From positions 37,661 through 101,660 of the forward strand of contig JALNJZ010000006.1 of assembly GCA_023261845.1 (NCBI GenBank): a stretch of DNA of 64,000 nucleotides, given 5' to 3'. Source of the stretch: Candidatus Terraquivivens tengchongensis. GTDB taxonomy: Archaea > Thermoproteota > Nitrososphaeria_A > Caldarchaeales > Wolframiiraptoraceae. Every line of letters begins with the position of its first letter. Positions within the stretch are counted from its first letter, which is position 1. Below the pieces are notes generated by a model, which saw nothing but the letters and a program-made list of their open reading frames with translations, ran no database searches and was not told the DNA's origin. The translations under genes were made by a program, and so were the position numbers. This document shows, piece after piece, positions 28,341-38,569 of this stretch.

Positions 28341-29738
28341 ATGAGACCTGTCATCCTCGATTCAACCTTACGTGAAGGGCAACTTTACAAGATTTTTAGC
28401 CGTGAGGTCAACATGCAGATAGCCGTTCAGCTGGCAGAGATAAATATTCCAAGGATAGAGCTGACTGTTGATTATCCGCCTAGAACTACGCATGAGGACA
28501 TAGCCTGCATCGTAGACGCGCTGAGTCCTTACGATGTAGAGGTTGTGATGCATGGCAGGGCTTATCAAAGGGATGTAGAGGCTATGAGTAAGTACGACAT
28601 CGAAGGTTGTGCCCTTTACCTCGCACCGACAGACATTCATAGGGAGTACAAGTTAGGTGGCATATCTTATGAGGAAGCTGTTCGGAGGATGGCAGAATCA
28701 ATAGAATTGGCAAAATCCTTTGGCTTCAAGTATATCAGAGCGACGGTCGAGGATGCGAGTAGATTTTACTTAGAGGGTCCAGCAGGTATTGAGAAGCTTG
28801 AGAGGCTTATCGACTTCTTAGGCGATGTAGGCGCCAGTTTAGTCAGCGTACCGGATACAGCTGGTATGCTATCTCCGACCCAAGCTAAAGACTTCGTGTC
28901 GAAGATAAAGCAGAAATGCAAGACACCAATAGCGTGTCACTTTCACAACGACTACGGTTATGCCTCAGCTAATACTGTCGAGGCGGTAGCTGAAGGGGCG
29001 GATGAGGCGCACGTATGTATACTCGGAATCGGTGACAGAAACGGGATAGCAGACCTTTACGAGGTTGTTGCAGGGCTGGAAGATTTATACAACGTAGACA
29101 CTGGCGTGAAACGTGAGGCTATTTCTAAACTCTACGAAAAATTTTCAAAGCTTACAGGCATAAGACCCTACTTCTCCCATCCGCTTTCGAAGGAGGCGAG
29201 GACTGTTAGGGCAGGCGTGCATCAATCCATGGTCGTTAAGATGCCGAAGGGATATGTTCCTGAAAAGAAGCTGATATACGACTTTAACGGAAGCCTCATG
29301 TTTGAGGCTACTCCATACTTGAGCCACAAAATTGTTGAAAAGCTCCTATCAAAGTACGGAGTCAAGGACGATGAGGCGAAGAAGATCACAGAGATTCTCG
29401 CCTCAAGCGCCAGTAGCAAAGGAAGAAGACTCCTGCCCTCAGAGGTTAGGGAGATTCTGGTGAACGCTGGCATACCCGTCAAGATGGAAGAGATCTCGAG
29501 CCTGTTCGGAGCCGAGAGCGCCTACATACTGATAAGGCTGAAACCACAGTTCCCTGCATCGAAGATAATAAGCGAGCTCATTACGTGGGATGATGTGGAA
29601 AGCATAGACGAGGTTTACGGCGACGTGGACATGATAATAAAGGCAAAGGTGTTACCGAGTGACGATAACGTGGTTTCTCGCCTTAAGAAGGCTTTTTCCG
29701 GCGTTGTCGAAGACGTTAAGGTCCTAATCACTGACTAA
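28341..29738 (+). CDS. Homocitrate synthase-like DRE-TIM enzyme with a C-terminal RAM/AsnC domain
   Basis: DSTLREG, HFHND.G, GIGDRNG and AGVH motifs. C-terminal EVYGDVDMII RAM-like domain, as in Sulfolobus homocitrate synthase. Confidence 0.75.
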   Translation: MRPVILDSTLREGQLYKIFSREVNMQIAVQLAEINIPRIELTVDYPPRTTHEDIACIVDALSPYDVEVVMHGRAYQRDVEAMSKYDIEGCALYLAPTDIHREYKLGGISYEEAVRRMAESIELAKSFGFKYIRATVEDASRFYLEGPAGIEKLERLIDFLGDVGASLVSVPDTAGMLSPTQAKDFVSKIKQKCKTPIACHFHNDYGYASANTVEAVAEGADEAHVCILGIGDRNGIADLYEVVAGLEDLYNVDTGVKREAISKLYEKFSKLTGIRPYFSHPLSKEARTVRAGVHQSMVVKMPKGYVPEKKLIYDFNGSLMFEATPYLSHKIVEKLLSKYGVKDDEAKKITEILASSASSKGRRLLPSEVREILVNAGIPVKMEEISSLFGAESAYILIRLKPQFPASKIISELITWDDVESIDEVYGDVDMIIKAKVLPSDDNVVSRLKKAFSGVVEDVKVLITD

Positions 29739-30555
29739 TGAGTTCACTGATATATTCTCCAATCACTTCTGCGCTAGTTAGTCCCCTGAAGATTTTGACT
29801 ATGTTTCCGTCTTTATCCATCAACACCATGTACGGATACCCAGTTACTCCAAAAGCGTTTATGAGCTTACCTTCGGGGTCTATTCCTGTCTGCCAAGAGA
29901 CACCATGTTCCTCGTTGAATAGTACAACATCTTTAACTGTCGCTCCGCTGGCTGTGCATACAGATAACACGTTGATTGTGTCGTTATAATTTTCCACGAT
30001 TTTCTTTAATTCATAGGCCTGCATACTACAGTACTTGCACCAAGGCGACATGAGTTCTAACAATAAAGGCTTACCTCTAAAATTCGATAGGGTTACAACA
30101 TCACCATTCAAAAGCTCAAACTCCACATGGAGGTATGGTTGCTCGTAGGGTCCTAGCTCTCCACCAACGTATGCCATCGCAACCACACCCACGATACCAA
30201 TGAAAGAAACAATCAACGATATGCCCACAGTGTTTTTTAGCTTGGTTTGAAAGGTCTCCTTTTTAGAGGCGTAAAGTAATAGGAGTAGCATGCCCAGAAC
30301 AAGTGTTGGAAGCAAGAAACTTAGGTTGACCTCCAGCATTCCAAACTTAACATAATATCCCAGAAAGCTGACAAGTGCAGGGCTGCAAAGACAATCAAGA
30401 CCAGGCTCTTTCGCTGCGAGGTTCGGAACACCTACGATCGCCGCTAATATGCCGGACACCAACCATATGGCAAACACCACAAACAACCCAAGGACCAATC
30501 TCACCAGAAACGAGTCCTTTGTGCCCTTTGTAGAAACTTTTGTCTTCTTTGACAT
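29728..30555 (-). CDS. Membrane-anchored TlpA/thioredoxin-like protein
   Basis: Three N-terminal TM segments, then LSNFRGKP...WCKYC...GVTGYP thioredoxin fold. Confidence 0.8.
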   Translation of the reverse strand: MSKKTKVSTKGTKDSFLVRLVLGLFVVFAIWLVSGILAAIVGVPNLAAKEPGLDCLCSPALVSFLGYYVKFGMLEVNLSFLLPTLVLGMLLLLLYASKKETFQTKLKNTVGISLIVSFIGIVGVVAMAYVGGELGPYEQPYLHVEFELLNGDVVTLSNFRGKPLLLELMSPWCKYCSMQAYELKKIVENYNDTINVLSVCTASGATVKDVVLFNEEHGVSWQTGIDPEGKLINAFGVTGYPYMVLMDKDGNIVKIFRGLTSAEVIGEYISELISQ

Positions 30556-30603
30556 TAAACCCAGAGTATTATAAGAGTGCCTATTCGTTAATTAAGTTTT
30601 TCC

Positions 30604-32700
30604 TTAATCGGTGAGCTCATAGATGTATACGTAGGCATAACTCCTGTATGGAGGACTTGACGAATAAATGAGCTTGAAGCCACTTACGTTGGGCTCCTCA
30701 TAATAATGTACGACGTTGCCGTCTTCAGTGCTCGGCTTGTAGGGTATAAGCTGACCGAGTAACGTTTCCTTCCAAAACTTATCCGTGGCACCCTCGGTTA
30801 GCGGTTTCGTCGGGTCATAGTAGTCATTCTCGTTGAAAGGTTGTATGCCGAGCTTATCCGCTTCTTGGTTTGCTATCTTCAGCATCCAGACCCATTTTCC
30901 TTCATCACCATAACCAAGCAACCTCGGAAAATACTTACCAGCGTACGGTACAACCTCATGCGTTACGAATATTAGAACATGCGTCGCACCATGCTGCTTT
31001 AGTATCTGAGCAGCTTTTTCAGGTGGTGACATGAATGCAAGGGCCAATACTCCAATCTGTGTGCTATTCGTGGTAGAGTTATCGGCAAGCGTCGTTTTGT
31101 TCCCCATCACCGTAATCCAATAACCATAGTCCCACCATGCAGCAACGACTGCATTGTCCGGGAGGTTGTCCCTCATCCATGACAAAGCATTTACCCAATC
31201 AGGTATGTTTGCCGCAACTGGTAGTGTGCTCTGTATCACCGTAGGAGGAACGTAGGCCTGGTCTATTGGTGATAGGCTCGGTAAACTTCTACCGATGAGA
31301 AAGGAGGGCGCTAACGGAACTGCTAATAGCAATACCACGAGTATAGGGGTCACAATTGCATATTCTATGGGAACTTTTTCGCCTTTCCTCCTTTTAGTCT
31401 TGATTGTGATCATGTTCCCAAGCGAGTTGAATATTCTACTGATCGCGTATCCAGAGGTTATGGCGATGAACGGTGCGGCTAATACAGATAACCTTACCAT
31501 GGATGCTGAGAAGTATATACTGAAGACGGTAAGAGTGGAGATGAATATTGCCTCGTCAGTTCCTTCCTTCAACATGTAATAAATTCCTACTGGAGCGAAC
31601 ACCAAGAAGAATCCTAAGTCCGTGAACATCGTCACCCAAGTACTTACCTGGTTCTCCGCAACCGATATCAGAATTGGCAAATCGCCCCTTATACCTGGCA
31701 GTAACGTCGAAAGGAACTTAATGCCCGGAAGGGTGGCTAGAACACCAACCGATACCAGTAAAGCCACAGTCGTAATCCTAGGCACGAAGCTTCTTAGGAA
31801 TTTATTACTGAAGTTGCTCGACAACTCAAAAACTACAAGCAAGACGAGGACGGACAGTCCAGTCATTATTGTCAGGTCACCTACATAACCCACACCGCCT
31901 AACTTAGGGACGGATGTGGCTATCGTTGACGATAACCCGAAGGTTATCGAATAAGATACTAGAAGTTCCCTCCTGTATCGCCCTATGAATGAGAGTAACA
32001 AAGTTATTACGTGTATGAACATGAATGGAAATTTATGAGCACCCCAACATGTTGCGACGTATCCTAGGAAGAAACCAGATAAGACAGAGTAGACGGTCAC
32101 CTGTTTGAAGCTCCTTCCTTTCTTGATGGCGTATATATACATAAGAAAGCTTACCAACATGAAGGGAATGGAAATACTCTCGTCGTCAAACCAGCCTGCA
32201 TGCGTCCTGCTTATGTTTGCATTACTTACCGCTAATGCAAACGCTGCCAATAGACCAGTCGACTTTCCTCCGACCTCCTTACCTAAGAAATAAACCACCA
32301 GTACCGCTACCATAGACATTATGACGGGAAAGACGACAGCTAGCTCCAAAAGGTTGACATGTATACCTATCGATGATAAAGAGAGATAAACGAACGCCAG
32401 TAAGAAAGGAAGTCCTGGATAGAAAGATCTGCTCACAAACTGCCCATAAGGATACCAGCGCTCCATGTCTATCCAAGAGAAGTATTCGATAAAGCCCGAC
32501 CATCCTCTTTCGACGATAAATTCAGCTTGGCGAAACTGCATCCATGGATCAAACTCTGAGAGAAGAGCGCCCCATCTGATTGGCAGCATCCTGATGATGA
32601 AGGCAATTGTTAAAATGGACATTAATGCTGCAATCTCTAAGACAACGGGTCTAGACTTAAAAAATGTGCGAAAACTGCTTTTAATTTCCATAAATCTCAC
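30604..32700 (-). CDS. aglB: Oligosaccharyltransferase AglB (STT3)
   Basis: EFDPW, G.FD.E, SVAE, WWDYG, DNST.N and DEGK motifs. Confidence 0.95.
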   Translation of the reverse strand: MRFMEIKSSFRTFFKSRPVVLEIAALMSILTIAFIIRMLPIRWGALLSEFDPWMQFRQAEFIVERGWSGFIEYFSWIDMERWYPYGQFVSRSFYPGLPFLLAFVYLSLSSIGIHVNLLELAVVFPVIMSMVAVLVVYFLGKEVGGKSTGLLAAFALAVSNANISRTHAGWFDDESISIPFMLVSFLMYIYAIKKGRSFKQVTVYSVLSGFFLGYVATCWGAHKFPFMFIHVITLLLSFIGRYRRELLVSYSITFGLSSTIATSVPKLGGVGYVGDLTIMTGLSVLVLLVVFELSSNFSNKFLRSFVPRITTVALLVSVGVLATLPGIKFLSTLLPGIRGDLPILISVAENQVSTWVTMFTDLGFFLVFAPVGIYYMLKEGTDEAIFISTLTVFSIYFSASMVRLSVLAAPFIAITSGYAISRIFNSLGNMITIKTKRRKGEKVPIEYAIVTPILVVLLLAVPLAPSFLIGRSLPSLSPIDQAYVPPTVIQSTLPVAANIPDWVNALSWMRDNLPDNAVVAAWWDYGYWITVMGNKTTLADNSTTNSTQIGVLALAFMSPPEKAAQILKQHGATHVLIFVTHEVVPYAGKYFPRLLGYGDEGKWVWMLKIANQEADKLGIQPFNENDYYDPTKPLTEGATDKFWKETLLGQLIPYKPSTEDGNVVHYYEEPNVSGFKLIYSSSPPYRSYAYVYIYELTD

Positions 32701-32862
32701 CTACTTTCCTCGTAAAATCCTGATATTTTGGGCGGATGGTTTCAGGGTCTTGCCACATTTAGGACAAACGTTCGCATACTCCCGAACTACTTCATTAAGC
32801 ATCTTTAATTCATTGCCTTCGTACAACACATAACCGCAGTGTCCACAGACTATTGTCAGCAA
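32701..32862 (-). CDS. 53-aa Zn-ribbon protein, absent from the ORF track
   Basis: Manual translation MLTIVCGHCGYVLYEG...CPKCGKTLKP...RGK*. The stop abuts the aglB start. Confidence 0.75.
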   Translation of the reverse strand: MLTIVCGHCGYVLYEGNELKMLNEVVREYANVCPKCGKTLKPSAQNIRILRGK

Positions 32863-32995
32863 GCCGCCCACCGAGCTATCCTCAAAAGTGTTTGTTAACG
32901 AGTTTTATATAGCTTTAGGAATCTTTAAAACTGACCACGATTGTTTAATATATACAACATTCGGTAATGTGACGTTAAAGAACGGTGCTCGTGAA

Positions 32996-33400
32996 ATGGA
33001 GAGGAAGCTAGAGGAACTTTACAACCGTCTTGCTGAGGCGTTTAGTAAGATTATTTCGGCAAAGCAATTCAAGATAGGCCTTCCATTAGCTATTGCACTG
33101 TTTGTCGTAATCCTTATGAGTGGTCTTCTGTACTGTATCTCGAATCCAACAGCAGCAGTTATATTTGTAGGAGGCGTAGTGCGTGTTTTCATTCCTGACT
33201 ATATGATGCAGACATACGGTGAATTATTCGTCATGTTTACATACTACCTCATGGCCCTAATCGGCGCCGTACTTTACATAATGGCAGGAAGGGAGAGCTT
33301 TTTGGGCAGAAGGGTAAAGTACATGTACATCTTTAGTTTCATACTTTTGCTGATAGCATTTGTCGGCATACTACTGGCTCTACAGGCAAAAATTGGGTGA
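32996..33400 (+). CDS. Three-TM protein resembling the Ost3/Ost6 membrane domain
   Basis: ILMSGLLY...P ... V.FIP....QTYGE.F resembles the xxSGxMWNxIRxPP...YI.G.S..QF.AE segment of Ost3/6. Divergent from aglB. Confidence 0.55.
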   Translation: MERKLEELYNRLAEAFSKIISAKQFKIGLPLAIALFVVILMSGLLYCISNPTAAVIFVGGVVRVFIPDYMMQTYGELFVMFTYYLMALIGAVLYIMAGRESFLGRRVKYMYIFSFILLLIAFVGILLALQAKIG

Positions 33401-34072
33401 TCAGTCTATAGCTTCCACGCCCGCATCCGTTATCCTGAACCTTTGTTCAAAGGGCGGTCCGCCTTTTTCAACCTTAAGCAATCTGATGCCCGTAGGAATG
33501 TTCTCAACTCTGAATATGACGTCAGACCAGTACCCGACTATCCTGGATGCCACAGGTTTTGTGCCCATGCCGGGTACCTCGTGAACTTGCCCCACTATGA
33601 TTACCGGTATATCGTTTGTTAGCGCGACTTCTTTGAGTGATGCCGTCTGAAACGTCAGCCTCTTGAATATGGACGCGTCCTCTTTCACTTCTCCCTTCAT
33701 CTCTATTCTGTGTAGGTACGTGTAATCGTCAAGCACTATTAATCTCGTACCAAGCGAGGTACTCTCTAGCAAGCTTATGACCGCTGTTTCCTGCTCGTCG
33801 AAATCCTTAACTGGCGTAAGTATAAGCTTGGAAGCGTCTGCTCTGTTCGTGGAAAGCACTTGCAAGAGTCTTTTAACATGTATTCTTTGTCCACAATCTA
33901 TCCATACAACCTTACCGCCGAGTTTAATAGCATTCGCGGCGGCTAGGAGTGCGAGGCTCGTTTTGCCGCTTTTCTCCTCACCATAGATGAAGTGGAGCGC
34001 ACCACCTACGTAACCACCTATGCTCATGTCAAGCTTCGGCAGACCCGTAGGAACGCGCACCATTCTCCTCAA
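33401..34072 (-). CDS. radB: RadB-like RecA-family protein
   Basis: PTGL..LD, YGEEKSGKT and GQVH motifs. Short, with no N-terminal HhH domain. Confidence 0.75.
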   Translation of the reverse strand: MRRMVRVPTGLPKLDMSIGGYVGGALHFIYGEEKSGKTSLALLAAANAIKLGGKVVWIDCGQRIHVKRLLQVLSTNRADASKLILTPVKDFDEQETAVISLLESTSLGTRLIVLDDYTYLHRIEMKGEVKEDASIFKRLTFQTASLKEVALTNDIPVIIVGQVHEVPGMGTKPVASRIVGYWSDVIFRVENIPTGIRLLKVEKGGPPFEQRFRITDAGVEAID

Positions 34073-34144
34073 GTAGTCGTCACCAAACTCGCATTAAACG
34101 TTTAATACGGTGAGAGTTTTGAAGACGTCCAGAGGGGTCACGAA

Positions 34145-34909
34145 ATGGTAAGCTTAGCTGAGGTTGTCGTTGGTTTGTCTGAAACTAAAAAGCTTTACCT
34201 TGATGATGCTTACAAAAAAGAGGCAGAATCTCACATACTACGTTGGATAAGGGAGACGGGAAGAAAGGGCTACGTCGTCGTTGATGAAACGATAATGCAT
34301 CCAAAATCCGGAGCTCAACCATCTGACCGTGGTGTTTTAGAGTCCACTGGTATCACTTTCACGGTAAGCAAGGTCATGGAATACGGTGGCGTAATTGTGC
34401 ACTACGGAGAGATAAGCGGCGGCGATTTTAAGGAAGGAATGAATGTAAAAATGCGTCTTGACTGGGAAAGGAGATATAAAATAATGAGAACACATACTGC
34501 TGGCCATATAGTTGATTATGCTGTCGTAACGACCTACGGAAAACTTTTTCAATCTCAGTCGGCGATGCACGATGTAGGACATGGTTTCCAAGAATACCTC
34601 GGCGAATATCTTGGCGATTTAAAGGAAAGAATAGAAGAAGTTGCCAACGAAGTTGTAGCATCAAGCAAACCTGTATTCGCAGAATATGTAAGTGTTCACG
34701 AACTGAGTAAGAAGGTCTTCGGTGCGCCTAACTTAAGTTGGTTGCCCCGTTTAGATGTTTATAGGATAGTAGTAATAGAGGGTATAAACGCGATACCATG
34801 TGGCGGAACACATGTAAAGAGCACATCTGAGGTTGGACGCATAAAGATCGATTTGATTGAGCAAACCAGCAATGGTTTTAAGATAACCTATAGAGTTTTA
34901 GATTACTAA
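34145..34909 (+). CDS. alaX: AlaX alanyl-tRNA editing protein
   Basis: LYLDDAY, GAQPSDRG, HTAGH and CGGTH motifs. Confidence 0.85.
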   Translation: MVSLAEVVVGLSETKKLYLDDAYKKEAESHILRWIRETGRKGYVVVDETIMHPKSGAQPSDRGVLESTGITFTVSKVMEYGGVIVHYGEISGGDFKEGMNVKMRLDWERRYKIMRTHTAGHIVDYAVVTTYGKLFQSQSAMHDVGHGFQEYLGEYLGDLKERIEEVANEVVASSKPVFAEYVSVHELSKKVFGAPNLSWLPRLDVYRIVVIEGINAIPCGGTHVKSTSEVGRIKIDLIEQTSNGFKITYRVLDY

Positions 34910-35703
34910 AATTCTCCGGAGAGGTTGTATTTTCTTACGAACCAATCGCCGATACTTGGTGAGAGCGTGTTTAATGTGAGAAAAATTTTGACGTTTATCG
35001 GATTAGGTATTATGACTTCGGCCTTGTCTTTTTCTACAGCATCGAGTATCGCGGCCGCAACTTGTTCTGATGGTATGGGTTTTGTTATCTTTCTGTCGGG
35101 TAGCCTCAATTTCTTTATCAGAGGCGTATCAACGTATCCAGGATAGACACCTAAAACACGTATGCCTGTCCCATACAGCTCCTGCCTGAGAAGGTCTGTA
35201 AAACCCGTCAGAGCAAACTTGCTGCATACGTAGCCAGGGGGATGCTTCAGAGCTTTTTTGCCCTCAACCGACGAAACGTTTACTATAACACCCCTACCTC
35301 TCTTCAGCATCTCCCTTAAAGCTTTTAGTGTGCAGTAAACGGGTCCGAAGAAATTCACCCTCATGACCTCCTCTATGTCAGATGGATCGGCCTCGGTCAC
35401 CCTTCTTACATCATATATACCGACGCTGTTTACGAGTATGTCCAACGTCCCAAAAGTTTGGACTACCCAGTCGATAAGTCCCTCAGCCTGCTGTCTGACG
35501 CTTACGTCAGACGGGAACGGATAGGCCTCGAACCCTTCGGAGCGGAGAGTTTTCGCTATGGACTCGAGCTTATCAGCAGAACGTGCGGAGAGTATAGTCT
35601 TTGCCCCTTCCCTTGAGAAGGCTTCTGCTGTAGCTCTTCCTATTCCACTAGATGCGCCAACAACAAGGACGACATGATTTTTGAATCGTCCGCCCTTTGT
35701 CAT
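34906..35703 (-). CDS. Short-chain dehydrogenase/reductase
   Basis: GASSGIG, YVCSK and PGYVDT motifs. Confidence 0.9.
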   Translation of the reverse strand: MTKGGRFKNHVVLVVGASSGIGRATAEAFSREGAKTILSARSADKLESIAKTLRSEGFEAYPFPSDVSVRQQAEGLIDWVVQTFGTLDILVNSVGIYDVRRVTEADPSDIEEVMRVNFFGPVYCTLKALREMLKRGRGVIVNVSSVEGKKALKHPPGYVCSKFALTGFTDLLRQELYGTGIRVLGVYPGYVDTPLIKKLRLPDRKITKPIPSEQVAAAILDAVEKDKAEVIIPNPINVKIFLTLNTLSPSIGDWFVRKYNLSGEF

Positions 35704-35758
35704 AATTATGTATTGTGTAGCATTGTGTTTTTGAGTTTTGCCCTTAATGGTTCACGCA

Positions 35759-36385
35759 TTACTTACGAATTCTGCATAGGGTAGCCTTTAATTCTTTGAG
35801 TTTTTCCTCGTTCACGAATACGGGCAACTCTCCAAGGAACGTTAGATCGTCCTCATACCATGGCCCCTCTATCCATATAGAGGCTTTGCAAACGATTCTT
35901 CCGCCGGCCTTATTGGTCACACTTTCCAAGGCTTTTAGTGTGCCTCCCGTTGATACCACGTCATCCAGAAGACAGACCCTTTTCCCCTTCAGGTATTCTG
36001 CATCTCCTCTAGTTAACACAAGAGTTTGTTTTTCGCTTGTCGTGATAGACTTCGCCTCTACGAGTAAATAGTCTGACATGTAAGCTTTGATGCTTTTCCT
36101 TGCAAAGACCATTCTATTATGACCAAGATTCTTTGCGACTTGGAACGCAAGCGGTAACGCCTTTGCCTCAGGCGCAACTACTACTTCTGGGTCCAAATGT
36201 CCAACCTTTCTAGAAATAAGCTCTGCTGCATGTGAAATGAACTCTATATCGCCCAAAACTAAGTCTGCATCAGAGGCTATCCAAAGCCCTTCATCAACCT
36301 GAACTATTGGCAACTCCCTTACGATGTCGCCGACTTTAATCCTGTAAGTAGACTCTCCGTTGTAGAGCACGACTCTTTTCAGCAT
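35759..36385 (-). CDS. Purine-type phosphoribosyltransferase
   Basis: PEAKA, ARKS.K.YM and LLDDVVSTGGT motifs. Last gene of the ECF operon. Confidence 0.8.
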   Translation of the reverse strand: MLKRVVLYNGESTYRIKVGDIVRELPIVQVDEGLWIASDADLVLGDIEFISHAAELISRKVGHLDPEVVVAPEAKALPLAFQVAKNLGHNRMVFARKSIKAYMSDYLLVEAKSITTSEKQTLVLTRGDAEYLKGKRVCLLDDVVSTGGTLKALESVTNKAGGRIVCKASIWIEGPWYEDDLTFLGELPVFVNEEKLKELKATLCRIRK

Positions 36386-36386
36386 A

Positions 36387-37097
36387 TTAAATGACCCCCA
36401 CCCAATAATGTAAAATTGCAATCGATAGCATAACGAGAGAAGTTGTCATCAACAATATGTCCAAAGGACCGAGCCTTTCACCGTTCCTTCGCTTTTTGTC
36501 AAGCGAGAATATCTTTAATTTCATAGCAAGCACGAGCTTTTCAGCATTCTCGATACTCTTTACTAACAACGGTGTTAAAACGAACGTATAGTTTTTAATC
36601 CTTTTGATGAGCGAGCCTTTGTCAAACTCCAGACCTCTTGACGATAGAGCCTCTTTGATAGCATGGTAATCATCCGCTACGGTGTAGATGTGCCTAAAAG
36701 CCAGACCAGTTGTGAACACTACTCCGTATGGTACACCAAATAGTGAAAGCCCCTTCATCAGCTCTCCTGGCTTAACTGTTGCTAAGAACCCATTCGATAT
36801 CATTAAAATTGTGAATAACCTTGTCGCCATGAAGCTTCCTAGCTGCCAATCTAGGCCAGTCCCTCCATATTGGAAGAGGGACCAATTATGTAGCAGGGAC
36901 CATACTACAAACGCGACGATGACCATGGGAAGTATCATCTTCAAGCTCTTACTGACTAAGGAAGCTCCCTTAATGGCCACCGTTGCAAATGCAATAGCTA
37001 AGAGGATGAGTATGCACCAAAAGTCCTTACAAATGAAGGTAAGGGCCATGATCGAGAAGAAAAAGATCAACTTGCTTCTACAATCAAGCCTTGGCAT
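36387..37097 (-). CDS. ECF transporter T component
   Basis: LD.RSKL N-terminus, SRG motif and TM segments. Confidence 0.85.
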   Translation of the reverse strand: MPRLDCRSKLIFFFSIMALTFICKDFWCILILLAIAFATVAIKGASLVSKSLKMILPMVIVAFVVWSLLHNWSLFQYGGTGLDWQLGSFMATRLFTILMISNGFLATVKPGELMKGLSLFGVPYGVVFTTGLAFRHIYTVADDYHAIKEALSSRGLEFDKGSLIKRIKNYTFVLTPLLVKSIENAEKLVLAMKLKIFSLDKKRRNGERLGPLDILLMTTSLVMLSIAILHYWVGVI

Positions 37098-37099
37098 AA

Positions 37100-38569
37100 T
37101 TAAGATGCCTCCTTGGCATATTGGATTAACAGGTGCGATGGGGGCTCCAATCCGAATTCTTCGAGCAAGTTTCTATCAAACAATATTCTCTTTGGTTGAC
37201 CGTCTGCTACGACATTACCATCATATATGACGGTGATTCTGTCGCCTATCTTCAGGGCAAAATCGCTATCATGGGTGATCACTAACACAGCCTTCCCTTC
37301 GGCTTTCATTCTTATTAACATCGAACTTATGATAGATAAGGTCTCTTCATCCTGTCCCGTAGTAGGTTCATCGAGTATCAGTATTTCTGGGTTCATGGCC
37401 AAAATGCCCGCGATCGATAACCGAATCCTTTCACCCATGCTTAGACGGTAGGGCGGCTCGTTTTTTCGATGATTAAGACCCAGCGCTTCTAAGGCCATCT
37501 CGGCATAAGAATAGGATAATCCCAGATTTTTTGCCCCAAAGATAACCTCATCCCATACACTCTCTTGTGTAATATGCCTATCTGGGTCTTGAAAGACGAA
37601 GCCCACATGCCTTGCCATCTGCGCTGGTCCGTGTGTTTTCGTATCTTTTCCGAGAACTAAGACCCTTCCGCTCGAAGGTTTAAGCAAGCCATTGATGTGC
37701 TTAGCGAGGGTAGTCTTTCCTGAGCCGTTCGGTCCCATCAGAACTACACATTGGCCGCGACCTATGCTTAGGTTGATACCTTTTAAAACCATCCTCTTAG
37801 CATACTTGAACCAAACATTCTCAAACTTGATAACAGGGTCATCTTTGATGAACGTCAGATGAGATTCGTCCATAGCTTCATCCGGTATACCTTGCTGAGC
37901 TAACTTCTGCCCCAAGACTATTGTTTTGTCTATCACCGGTTCTAGACCTTTGAGTCTCCTAGACATTATCACTAGACCATGTCCACTCTCTTTCAACATT
38001 TGGAGTGTTCGCCTTAGTTCAACTATACCGCGCCAATCTAAGTTGGCCATAGGGTCATCCATCACAAGGTATTTTGGTTGCATCAGGAGCGTCGAAGCTA
38101 ACGCAAGCTTCTGTCGAAGTCCACCCGAGAGCTCGTTAACCTGATAGTTTCTGTACTCCTTCAGCCCGAAGCATTCGAGAGCCAATTCAAGTCTCTTCTC
38201 TGCTTCTTTTTCGTTCAACTCAAGGTTATCGAGAACGAACAAAAGATCTTCTTCAACCGTAAGGCCGAATATTTGCACCTCGTAATTCTGCAGGACCACG
38301 TTTACAATCTTATACCTTTCTTTGTCGTCCAGCTCCAGTATGTTTTTTCCATCAACGTAAACACCTCCGGTTACCTCACCCTTCAAGTTCTTAGGGATAA
38401 TTCCCGTAAGGCAGTAAGCGAGGGTAGTCTTTCCTGAACCACTCGGTCCAACTATACCAAGGGCTTCTCTAGGTTTAACAAAAAAAGTAAGGTCTTTGAA
38501 TATCCATTCTCTGTCGTACTTACACCCTAGGGCGACCGCTTTAAGACCATGGTTATCTAGAGTCTCCAT
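37100..38569 (-). CDS. ECF transporter duplicated ATPase (AA')
   Basis: Two Walker A motifs (GPSGSGKT, GPNGSGKT), LSGG/LSMG and DDP/DEPT. Confidence 0.9.
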   Translation of the reverse strand: METLDNHGLKAVALGCKYDREWIFKDLTFFVKPREALGIVGPSGSGKTTLAYCLTGIIPKNLKGEVTGGVYVDGKNILELDDKERYKIVNVVLQNYEVQIFGLTVEEDLLFVLDNLELNEKEAEKRLELALECFGLKEYRNYQVNELSGGLRQKLALASTLLMQPKYLVMDDPMANLDWRGIVELRRTLQMLKESGHGLVIMSRRLKGLEPVIDKTIVLGQKLAQQGIPDEAMDESHLTFIKDDPVIKFENVWFKYAKRMVLKGINLSIGRGQCVVLMGPNGSGKTTLAKHINGLLKPSSGRVLVLGKDTKTHGPAQMARHVGFVFQDPDRHITQESVWDEVIFGAKNLGLSYSYAEMALEALGLNHRKNEPPYRLSMGERIRLSIAGILAMNPEILILDEPTTGQDEETLSIISSMLIRMKAEGKAVLVITHDSDFALKIGDRITVIYDGNVVADGQPKRILFDRNLLEEFGLEPPSHLLIQYAKEAS

